Origin: Myxococcota bacterium
Lineage (GTDB): Bacteria > Myxococcota_A > UBA796 > SXON01
Reading direction: 5' to 3'
Length of the DNA: 43,056 nt
NCBI GenBank assembly: GCA_040386535.1
Contig: JAZKFH010000007.1
Span: 44,060-87,115, forward strand
Shown here: positions 1-7,397 of the stretch, in pieces
How the letters are laid out: each line of letters begins with the position of its first letter
Numbering within the stretch: position 1 is the stretch's first letter
The notes under the pieces: model-generated
What the model was told of the DNA's origin: nothing
What the model saw: the letters and a program-made list of their open reading frames with translations, nothing else
The model's database searches: none
Position numbers and translations under genes: made by a program

Positions 1-333
1 CGGGGGATGGCCGCACATCCCGTCCGTTCGGCGCGTCCAGCGCGCCGAACTCGGGCGCGTCTGCCGACCGCCCGTCCCCAGGGCCCGCCTTCAACGACGA
101 ACGATCACGCGACCTTCGACAGATCGAAGCTACGCCGGAGCCTTCGTGCACCCCCGCGTGAGGCCGCTGGAGGGCGGCCGCGCGCGGCTCGGCGCGCGCG
201 GCCGGTCCCGGGTGCGTCGCGCTCTGGCGACGCACCCGGACGGAGGGGCTCCGCCCCGACCCCGCAAGAGGCCGACCGCCCGCTCGGGGGCGGTCACGCC
301 CCACGACGGCCGCCCCCGCTCACCAACGCGCGA

Positions 334-627
334 TCAGCCGACCTTCGGCGCGTCGAAGTTGCGGCGGTTCATCCACTCCTGGAACCCGTCGCCCATGCCG
401 GTGCCGGCCCAGTTCTTGGAGATGCGGGCCACGAACATGCGGTCCTTGCCGCTGTCGAGGTGCGGCTTCAACAGGTCGCGGATCTGCGAGGCGTTGAAGC
501 GGCTCTCCACGATCCACTGCCCGCGCACGCGGTTGGACCAGTTGCCGAGCGCCTTCATGGCGCGCTCGAGGTCACCGTATTGATCGGCGGGGCGGCCGTT
601 GAGCTCGAGGAGGACGAGGAACATCAT
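334..627 (-). CDS. Small ferredoxin-like-fold protein resembling Cas2/VapD-like ('SinR family' annotated) hypothetical proteins
   Basis: 97 aa with good codon usage. The pattern MFLVLLELN...QYGDLERAMKALGNW...QWIVESRFNASQIRDLLKPHLDSGKDRMFVARI follows the beta-alpha-beta-beta-alpha-beta layout of that family as I recall it. Confidence 0.55.
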   Translation of the reverse strand: MMFLVLLELNGRPADQYGDLERAMKALGNWSNRVRGQWIVESRFNASQIRDLLKPHLDSGKDRMFVARISKNWAGTGMGDGFQEWMNRRNFDAPKVG

Positions 628-755
628 GGGGGAGAATCTCCGGGGCGCACCTTATCCGGAGCGCACCGTGGGGGGAAGCACGCGCGCGCACAACCGCTCC
701 GTGCGGGACGGCGCCACACGGGCACGCGGCGAGCCCCTGGGATACGCGACGCGCC

Positions 756-2291
756 GTGACCCGCAAGATCGCCGTCGCCGGCGCCATCTGGACCGTGGCG
801 CTCCTGGCATCGCGGCTGATGGGCCTCGTGCGCGACGCCGCGCTCGGCAGCATGCTTGGGGTCGGGCCCGATGCGGACGCCTACGCAGCGGCCTTTCGCG
901 TCCCCGACCTCGTGTCCCTCGTCATCTCGGGCGGCGCGCTCTCCATCGTGTTCATCCCGATGTTCACGAACTTCCTCGCGAAGGGGGAGGACGAGCGCGC
1001 GTGGCGGGCGTTCAGCCTCGTCGCCAACTTCATCCTCGTCTTGTCGGCGATCGTCGTCCCGCTGATGTGGTGGTTCGCGCCCGAGCTCGTGGCGCGGGCG
1101 GTCCCCGGGTTCGACGCCGAGCGCCAGGCGCTGGTCGTCCACCTCTCCCGCATCGTGCTGCCCGCGCAGATCTTCCACCTCTTGTCCGGCCTGCTCTCCG
1201 CGGCCCTGCTCTCCCGCGACAAGCACGCCATCCCCGCGATCGCGCCGCTGGTCTACAACGGCACGATCATCGCCGGCGGCCTCGTCACGGGCAGCGCCGA
1301 GGGGTTCGCGTGGGGGGTGCTCGTCGGCGCGTTCCTCGGGCCGTTCCTGCTCCCGCTGATCGCGGCTCTCCAGGGCGGGCTGCGTTGGCGCCTCGGGTTC
1401 TCGCTCCGCGACGTCGACTTCCGCACCTACATCGTGCGCGCCCTCCCGATCATGCTGGCGTTCACGATCACCGGGTTCGACGACTACGCGTGGACCTGGT
1501 TCGGCTCGGAGCTGCCCGAGGGCGCCGTCTCCACGCTCCAATATGCCAAGCGCCTCACGATGGTGCCCATCGGTGTCTTCGGAGCCGCCGCCGGCTACGC
1601 CGCCTACCCGACGCTCGCGCGGCTCTGCGACGAGGGGAACACGTCCGAAGCGTGGCACACCATCGTGCGCGCCACGCGGCTGACGTTGTTCCTCGCCTTC
1701 GGCTCGCAGGTGGTGCTCACGGTGGCCGGGGCCGACCTGGGCGCCGCGGTCTTCGGCACGGCCCGCATCACGCCGGACCAACAGGAGGTCCTCGGGGCGT
1801 GCCTCGCGGCCTTCTCGCTCGGCCTCGCGGCCTGGAGCGCGCAGACGCTCCTCGCACGCGGCTTCTATGCCCGCGCCAAGACCTGGCTTCCCACGAGCCT
1901 CGGCTTCGCCGTGCTGGTCGCCGCCCTCCCCCTCTATTGGCTCGGCGCCCGCTTCTGGGGTGCGCCCGGCCTCGCCGTCGCGTCGAGCGTCGGCATGACC
2001 GTCTACGTGCTCCTGCTCTCGGCCATCCTCAAGCGCGAGATCGGCGGCGCGGGCCCCGGTCTCGGCGACTTCCTCCTCCGCGTCCTCCCCGCCGTCGGCG
2101 TCGGCATCGTGGTCGGCCTCGCGCTCCGGCCCTCGCTCGGCACGCCCGAATGGACGCGGCTCGACGCCCTGTTCCGCGTGGTCGTGCTCGGCGGCGTGGG
2201 CGGCGCCTCGTTCCTCGGCGCGGCGTGGGGGTTCGGCGTGGGCGAGGTGCGCGAGATAGGGGCGATGGTCCTGCGGAGATTGAGGCGATGA
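756..2291 (+). CDS. murJ: Lipid II flippase MurJ (MviN)
   Basis: Motifs SRLMGLVRD, ADAYAAAFRVPD, GALSIVFIPMF, LQYAKRLTMVPIGVFG and LARGFYA; about 14 TM segments; GTG start. Confidence 0.93.
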   Translation: MTRKIAVAGAIWTVALLASRLMGLVRDAALGSMLGVGPDADAYAAAFRVPDLVSLVISGGALSIVFIPMFTNFLAKGEDERAWRAFSLVANFILVLSAIVVPLMWWFAPELVARAVPGFDAERQALVVHLSRIVLPAQIFHLLSGLLSAALLSRDKHAIPAIAPLVYNGTIIAGGLVTGSAEGFAWGVLVGAFLGPFLLPLIAALQGGLRWRLGFSLRDVDFRTYIVRALPIMLAFTITGFDDYAWTWFGSELPEGAVSTLQYAKRLTMVPIGVFGAAAGYAAYPTLARLCDEGNTSEAWHTIVRATRLTLFLAFGSQVVLTVAGADLGAAVFGTARITPDQQEVLGACLAAFSLGLAAWSAQTLLARGFYARAKTWLPTSLGFAVLVAALPLYWLGARFWGAPGLAVASSVGMTVYVLLLSAILKREIGGAGPGLGDFLLRVLPAVGVGIVVGLALRPSLGTPEWTRLDALFRVVVLGGVGGASFLGAAWGFGVGEVREIGAMVLRRLRR

Positions 2292-2998
2292 ACATCCTGA
2301 TCACGGGCGGCTCGCGCGGCATCGGCGCGGCCATCGCGCGCATCCTCGCGGCGCCGGGCAACCGCATCGTGCTGAATTACCTCCAGAACGAGGCCGCCGC
2401 TGCCCAGGTCGCGGCCGAGGTGACGGCGCTCGGCGCGGAGGCCGTGATTGTCCAGGGGGACGTGCGGAGCGAGCCCGATCTGAAGCGCCTCGCCGAGGCC
2501 GCCGGTCCGCTCGACGCGCTCGTGCACAACGCCGCGGTCGGCGTGATGAAGCCGTGGGACAAGATCCGCACCTCGCAGTGGGATCTCACCCTCGAGAGCT
2601 CGCTTCGGCCCTTCTGGTTGCTCACCAAGCTCGCTACGTTGAACGAGGGAGCGAGCGTGATCGGGATCACCAGCCTCGGAAGCCGCCAGTTCACCCCGGG
2701 CTACGCCGCCATCGGCGCGGCCAAAGCGGGCATGGAGGCCCTCACCCGCCAGCTCGGCGTCGAGCTCGCGCCGCGCGTGCGCGTCAACACCGTGTGCGGC
2801 GGCCTCGTGAAGACCGACGCCCTCCGCTACTTCCCCGAGGGCGAGCAGATGCTGGCCGCCGCCGAGAAGCTCACGCCCATGCGTCGCGTCGGCGAGCCCG
2901 ACGATATCGCCCGCGTCGTCTCCCTCCTCCTCGACCCGCGCGCGGCGTGGATCACCGGCCAGGTGATCGTCGCGGACGGTGGCCTCTCGCTCGTCTAG
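2288..2998 (+). CDS. fabL: SDR oxidoreductase, FabL-like enoyl-ACP reductase
   Basis: True start is ATG 2288, overlapping the murJ stop (ATGA). TGGSRGIG, NAAVGVMKP, SLGS, Y-x6-K (YAAIGAAK), TDALRYFP and GQVIVADGG match the FabL pattern. Confidence 0.72.
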   Translation: MNILITGGSRGIGAAIARILAAPGNRIVLNYLQNEAAAAQVAAEVTALGAEAVIVQGDVRSEPDLKRLAEAAGPLDALVHNAAVGVMKPWDKIRTSQWDLTLESSLRPFWLLTKLATLNEGASVIGITSLGSRQFTPGYAAIGAAKAGMEALTRQLGVELAPRVRVNTVCGGLVKTDALRYFPEGEQMLAAAEKLTPMRRVGEPDDIARVVSLLLDPRAAWITGQVIVADGGLSLV

Positions 2999-3020
2999 AT
3001 CCCCCCTCCCCGGTGAAGCC

Positions 3021-3554
3021 ATGGCCCAAGACAGTTTCCGCTGGGAGATCGATCCCAACGCGATCGACGACTCGATCAAGCAGCTCCGCGAGCGGCTCAA
3101 GAAGCTGTTCGACCAGGGGCGCTACACCAAGGTGCGCTTCTCGTACAAGGGCAAGCCCATCCTCCCGGACGTGCCGCTCGCCGCGCTCGTGGCCGCCGAG
3201 GGGCTCTCGCTCGCGCTGGCCGGCCCGCTGCGGTTCCTGCTCGTCAACCTCGGCATGCGCTCGTTCATCGAGGTCGAGTTCATCCACGAGGCCACCGAGC
3301 GCGTGCGCGAGGGCCAGGACCTGTTCGCCGCCGGCGAGGTCGACTCCGCCGAGGCCAAGTACCGCGAAGCCCTCACCATGAAGCCCGACGACACCGCCGC
3401 GCTCTACCACCTCGGCATCCTGCTCCGCGTCACCGGCCGCCGCGAAGAGGCCATGGACGTGCTCGGCCGCGCCGCCGCCGACACCGATCACCCCGACGCC
3501 GCCAAGGCCGGCGAGGCGCTCGAGCGGATGAAGCGGGGCGGGAAGACGCTGTAG
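3021..3554 (+). CDS. DUF4342-like N-terminal domain plus TPR repeat protein
   Basis: The N-terminus LRERLKKLFDQGRYTKVRFSYKGKPILPDVPL...EVEF resembles DUF4342. The C-terminus AEAKYREALTMKPDDTAALYHLGILL is TPR-like. Confidence 0.7.
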   Translation: MAQDSFRWEIDPNAIDDSIKQLRERLKKLFDQGRYTKVRFSYKGKPILPDVPLAALVAAEGLSLALAGPLRFLLVNLGMRSFIEVEFIHEATERVREGQDLFAAGEVDSAEAKYREALTMKPDDTAALYHLGILLRVTGRREEAMDVLGRAAADTDHPDAAKAGEALERMKRGGKTL

Positions 3555-3584
3555 GCATCGGGATCGTAGGGCCGTCGCGCGCTT

Positions 3585-3661
3585 CGGGCGCCCCCACCCG
3601 CGCGGACGCGGGCGGGCGGGTGTCCTCCGGGGTCGGCGCCGAGCGCCTCCGTCGTCCCGCT
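3585..3661 (+). repeat. Dispersed intergenic repeat (family A), copy 1
   Basis: Shares cctccgtcgtcccgct (16/16) and cgggtgtcYtccgSggtcgg (18/20) with 41552-41618; contains hairpin cccgcg-cgga-cgcggg. Confidence 0.75.
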
Positions 3662-3806
3662 GCGGGCGGGCCGACCGCGGCGGGCGGTCGACGCTGGCGT
3701 GCGCGGTGGAAGCGCCGCGTGGCCCGCCGCGCCCTACGGCCCCCCTGGCGCGGGGACACATGCTGGTTGGAGCACGGTCGGGCGTCGCCGCCGGTCCCTC
3801 ACACCC

Positions 3807-4211
3807 CTACCAGGGCGAGCCCGTCTGCTTCGGGACCAGCATGACCATCCAGCTGTCACTGTGACCGGGGCGGCGGACCTGGAGCTCGACCGCCCTCCCG
3901 TCACGCTCGAAGCGTTGCCACCGAACCTCGTTCCACGGCGCCTCGTGCTCGCTTCGAGCGGCCGTGAACCCCATGCGCTCCAGCCACGCGACGTACGAGG
4001 TCCAGAGGCGGTCACGCTCCGCGACCGTGTTCACGGTGGCGTGTTCGGCCTCGATTCCGCAGCCGCGCACGCGCACCGTGGCGCCATCCGCGAACGGGGG
4101 CACGCCGGCGGCCACCGCGGGCGGGTCCGAGAGGCCGAGCGGGATGACGCAGGCCGTGGGGTCCGCGCCGTAGGCGAAGTGAACGACCAGTTGAACGGCG
4201 AGGAGGAGCAT
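3807..4211 (-). CDS. Hypothetical secreted protein
   Basis: 134 aa with a hydrophobic N-terminus (MLLLAVQLVVHFAYG). TAGCTT box 6 nt upstream of the ATG. Confidence 0.65.
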   Translation of the reverse strand: MLLLAVQLVVHFAYGADPTACVIPLGLSDPPAVAAGVPPFADGATVRVRGCGIEAEHATVNTVAERDRLWTSYVAWLERMGFTAARSEHEAPWNEVRWQRFERDGRAVELQVRRPGHSDSWMVMLVPKQTGSPW

Positions 4212-4270
4212 GGAACAAAGCTACTCCCATTCAACCGTGGGCGGCGCGGTTTCAGGCCTCGATCCTACGC

Positions 4271-4663
4271 CTACCCCCCGAACATCTTCTTCAGCCCCTC
4301 GAGCGGCCCCGTCACGTCCTGCGGCAGGTTGCCGCCCGGCGAGAGCTTGTCGATCACGTTCGGCAGCATGCCCGCGAGCCCGTCAGCCGCGGCGGGCGTC
4401 GCCAGCCCGGCCTTCTTCGCCACCATCTCGACGTTGGCGGCCCCCAACGCCTGGGTGACCTGCTCGCCGGTGATCGGCAGGTTCGCGCCCGTGCCCAGCC
4501 ACGACTGCACCACGTTGCCGAGCCCCGCCTGCTCGAAGCGCTTCATCAGCCCCTGAACGCCGCCGATCTGCGGCGAGTTCACGAGGTCGAGCAGCCCCGC
4601 GAACAACTTCCCCTGGCCCGTCGCGCCCACCGCCGCTTCCTTGATCGTATCGAACACACCCAT
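4271..4663 (-). CDS. YidB/DUF937 family protein
   Basis: GGVQGLMKRFEQAGLGNVVQSWLGTGANLPIT...LAGMLPNVIDKLSPGG is the characteristic DUF937 signature. Confidence 0.88.
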   Translation of the reverse strand: MGVFDTIKEAAVGATGQGKLFAGLLDLVNSPQIGGVQGLMKRFEQAGLGNVVQSWLGTGANLPITGEQVTQALGAANVEMVAKKAGLATPAAADGLAGMLPNVIDKLSPGGNLPQDVTGPLEGLKKMFGG

Positions 4664-4869
4664 GCTTTCTCCGTGCTCGTCCTCGAGCGCCGCGCCAGCC
4701 GTGGTGCGGAGCGCTCAAGCTAGCGCCGGCCGCCCGACAAGGTCGGCTTTTCATTGTTTCCACCTTGGACATCCCGCGCAGCGGCTCCGCCCGGAGCGCG
4801 CCCGTGACCACTCGCGACATCCCTCGCCGCGTTCGTGCCTACGTTGTGTCCGCCCCGGTGGACCTCCCC

Positions 4870-6081
4870 ATGTTCGCCTTCTCGCTCGCCTGCATCGCCG
4901 CCACCCTCTCGTTCGCGGCCGTCGTGGGCGCGCGCAACGGCGTGCGGTTCGCGGTGCCCGTGGCCGTGGCGCTCTCGCTCCAGGCGCTGCTCGCGATCGG
5001 CGCCTACCGGCTCGCCGGGCCCTTCGCGCCCGCGTTCTGGTACCTCCAGGCCACCGTTTACGCGATGGTGGTGGGGCTCGCGCGCGCACAGCCCATGCCG
5101 ATCGGCTGGCGGTTGTTCGTGAGCTGGCCCGCGTCGTGGTTCGTGGTCAGCACGTTCCTGGCGGTGCCGTGGAGCGTCACCGGCGCCGACATCGGCGCGT
5201 GGGTGCCGTTCGTGATCGGCGCGCTGGGCGTGCTCTGGAGCCTCACCTCCCGCCGGGAAACCGTCACCATCGATCTGTCCGTCCCCACCCCGGAAGCGCT
5301 CGGGCGCCTGCCCGCGATGATCAAGCGCCGCCGCGGCCTCTCCAAGCCTGGGCACGCCGGGCTGCGCGTCGTGCAGATCTCCGACCCGCACCTCGGCGCC
5401 TTCATGAGCGAGGCGCGGCTCGCGCGTATCTGCCTGCGAGCGGTGGCCGCGCAGCCCGACCTCATCCTCCTCACGGGCGACTACCTCACGCGCGACACCC
5501 ACGCCGACGGCGGCATGCTCGGCCGCGCGCTCGCCCCGCTGCGTGCGCATCCGCACGTGTACGCCTGCCGCGGCAACCACGATCTGGAGTGTCCCGACGC
5601 CGTCGCCGAGGGCCTCGCCGCCGCCGGTGTCCGCCTCCTCGTCGACGAGTCGACCACTGTCAACACGCGCGTCGGCAAGGTGCAGATCGTCGGGATGGAT
5701 TTTCATTGGCGCGACCGCGCGCGCACCATGCGCGGCGTGCTCGTCGATCTCGTGCGGCCCCGCTCCGGGCCCGACGGCGAGGGCCTCCGCATCGTGCTCC
5801 TGCACGACCCCGGCGCCTTCAAGCACCTCCCCGACGACGCGGCGGATCTCGTCCTCTCCGGCCACACCCACGGCGGCCACGTAGGGCTCGTGTCCTTCGG
5901 CTTCGACTGGACCGCCGTGCGCGCGCTCGCCGGCCTCCCCGACCACGGCGCCTGGGGCCAGCGCCACAACCGCCTCTACGTGCACCGCGCGAACGGCCAC
6001 TACGGCTTCCCGCTGCGCATCGGCGTCCCCGCCGAGGAGAGCGTGCTGGAGCTCGTGCGCGGCACCGCCAGCCGCGTGTAG
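4870..6081 (+). CDS. Membrane-anchored calcineurin-like metallophosphoesterase (YkuE/YaeI-like)
   Basis: N-terminal TM helices followed by the motifs SDPH, TGDY, GNHD, LLHDP and SGHTHGG. Start uncertain (ATG 4870 chosen). Confidence 0.9.
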   Translation: MFAFSLACIAATLSFAAVVGARNGVRFAVPVAVALSLQALLAIGAYRLAGPFAPAFWYLQATVYAMVVGLARAQPMPIGWRLFVSWPASWFVVSTFLAVPWSVTGADIGAWVPFVIGALGVLWSLTSRRETVTIDLSVPTPEALGRLPAMIKRRRGLSKPGHAGLRVVQISDPHLGAFMSEARLARICLRAVAAQPDLILLTGDYLTRDTHADGGMLGRALAPLRAHPHVYACRGNHDLECPDAVAEGLAAAGVRLLVDESTTVNTRVGKVQIVGMDFHWRDRARTMRGVLVDLVRPRSGPDGEGLRIVLLHDPGAFKHLPDDAADLVLSGHTHGGHVGLVSFGFDWTAVRALAGLPDHGAWGQRHNRLYVHRANGHYGFPLRIGVPAEESVLELVRGTASRV

Positions 6082-6105
6082 GCTGCGGTCCTCGCCCGGA
6101 CCGTC

Positions 6106-6732
6106 ATGCTCCTGCTCGCCCTCCTCGCGTGCGCCCCCGATGTCACCTGCGCCGACGGCTCCACCCTCGGCGCGGACGGCCTCTGCTACGAGAAGTCCAG
6201 CGCGCCCCCCACCGTCGACGACGTCCTCGCCACCTTGCCCTGCGGCGAGCCTGTCACCGGCGACGGACGGATCGATCTCGCCACGGGGTGTGCCGCCGGC
6301 GCGTGTGTCGGCGCCACCTACGCCGACGTGTCGGCGGCGCTCGGCGACCCGGGACACTGCGACACCGACGCCTCCGAGTACGCCGGCGTCACGACCTCCC
6401 AGGTGTATTGCGCCTGGGACAGCCACGTAGGCGTGTACTTCGCCGACAGCGACCGTGACGGCGTCGCCGACGCCCGCGCCGTCGCGGACGGCATCTACAC
6501 CTTCGCCGGCTTCCAGGGCACCACCACCGACGGCCTGGGCATGGACGCGCCCCTCGGCCGCTTCCTCGACGCGCTGGGCGCGCCCGACGGCGTCTCGCTG
6601 GTGCGGGCCGGCGCCGACTGGTCGGTCTCCGCCGCGTGGTGGACCGAGGCGGGCCTCTCCTGGGTCGACGGCGCCGAGCCGGACGAGCGCGCCTCCCGCC
6701 TCCTGCTGACGGGCGCGGGCGGCGCAGGGTAG
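6106..6732 (+). CDS. Hypothetical Cys-rich lipoprotein
   Basis: MLLLALLAC lipobox; acidic and Cys-containing mature region. Confidence 0.75.
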   Translation: MLLLALLACAPDVTCADGSTLGADGLCYEKSSAPPTVDDVLATLPCGEPVTGDGRIDLATGCAAGACVGATYADVSAALGDPGHCDTDASEYAGVTTSQVYCAWDSHVGVYFADSDRDGVADARAVADGIYTFAGFQGTTTDGLGMDAPLGRFLDALGAPDGVSLVRAGADWSVSAAWWTEAGLSWVDGAEPDERASRLLLTGAGGAG

Positions 6733-6767
6733 CGATCGACCGGCCGGGAACGAGTCCCGTTCGGCGT

Positions 6768-6860
6768 TCCGTTCCTGCCTTGTCCGTTCCTGCCTTGTCC
6801 GTTCCTGCCCTTCCTTGCTTCCTTCCTGCCTTCCTCTATTCCTGCCTTCCTGATTCTCCG
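6768..6860 (+). repeat. Pyrimidine-rich tandem repeat tract
   Basis: 15-bp unit tccgttcctgccttg at 6768, 6783 and (partial) 6798, followed by degenerate ttcctgcc units. Confidence 0.85.
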
Positions 6861-6939
6861 TCTCCGGACTCGGTGCGCCCTCCCCCGTCGGGCCCACGCT
6901 ACGGCCGCCTCGGTGGCCCGGCCTCGGACCGGCTCCACA

Positions 6940-7133
6940 CCCATGCCCCCCTGAACGCCCGAAATCCCGGGTCATGTCCCATTGAATGACCGTTTTGTGG
7001 CCCTCCGACCGCCCGTCCCTCCACCACCGACTTGATTCCCGGCGTTCGCCCGTACCGGTGGCGCAGGCCGATGCCTCCGCCGTGCATCCACGGAGGCATG
7101 ACTCCGAGAAAGCTTCATTCACAGGGGCATGAC
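6940..7133. repeat. Four-site inverted element, copy A (CATG-N6-TGAAYG pairs, 31-bp spacing)
   Basis: Plus-strand sites at 6942 and 6973; minus-strand sites ending at 7100 and 7131; same layout at 34670-34851. Confidence 0.7.
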
Positions 7134-7200
7134 CGCGTCACCGGCGCGGAGGCGAGCGTTCGTGCACTACGTCACGCCTCCGGAACCCAAAGACGACCGT

Positions 7201-7333
7201 GGAGAGCCGGGCGGCCCGGCGGCCGAGCCGCCGTCGGCCCCCTCCGAGCTCGCGCTGCGCGCTCGGCTGGCGCCTCCTCCCGCCTCCCGGCGTGCGGAGG
7301 CACCGAGCCGGGCGGCCGAGCCGCCCGCTCTCC
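7201..7333. repeat. Long GC-rich palindromic (REP-like) element
   Basis: Terminal inverted repeat ggagagc(c)gggcggc ... gccgcccgctctcc; internal direct repeat ggcggccgagccgcc twice. Confidence 0.55.
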
Positions 7334-7397
7334 GGGCGCCTGCCGCGGTGCCCTCGTTGACCTTGCGCGTGGCCCCTCCACCCGCGTACCCTCCACC

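Noticed and set aside
599..2287. Apparent 799-aa protein with a long Arg-rich N-terminus fused to the SDR
   Set aside because: The N-terminal part overlaps murJ in another frame; the real SDR start is ATG 2288, coupled to the murJ stop.
6768..7133. Possible CRISPR array (periodic repeats, with a Cas2-like gene elsewhere in the window)
   Set aside because: The periods (15 and 31 bp) are too short, the repeats are degenerate and partly inverted, there are no unique 30-40 bp spacers, and no cas1 or effector genes.
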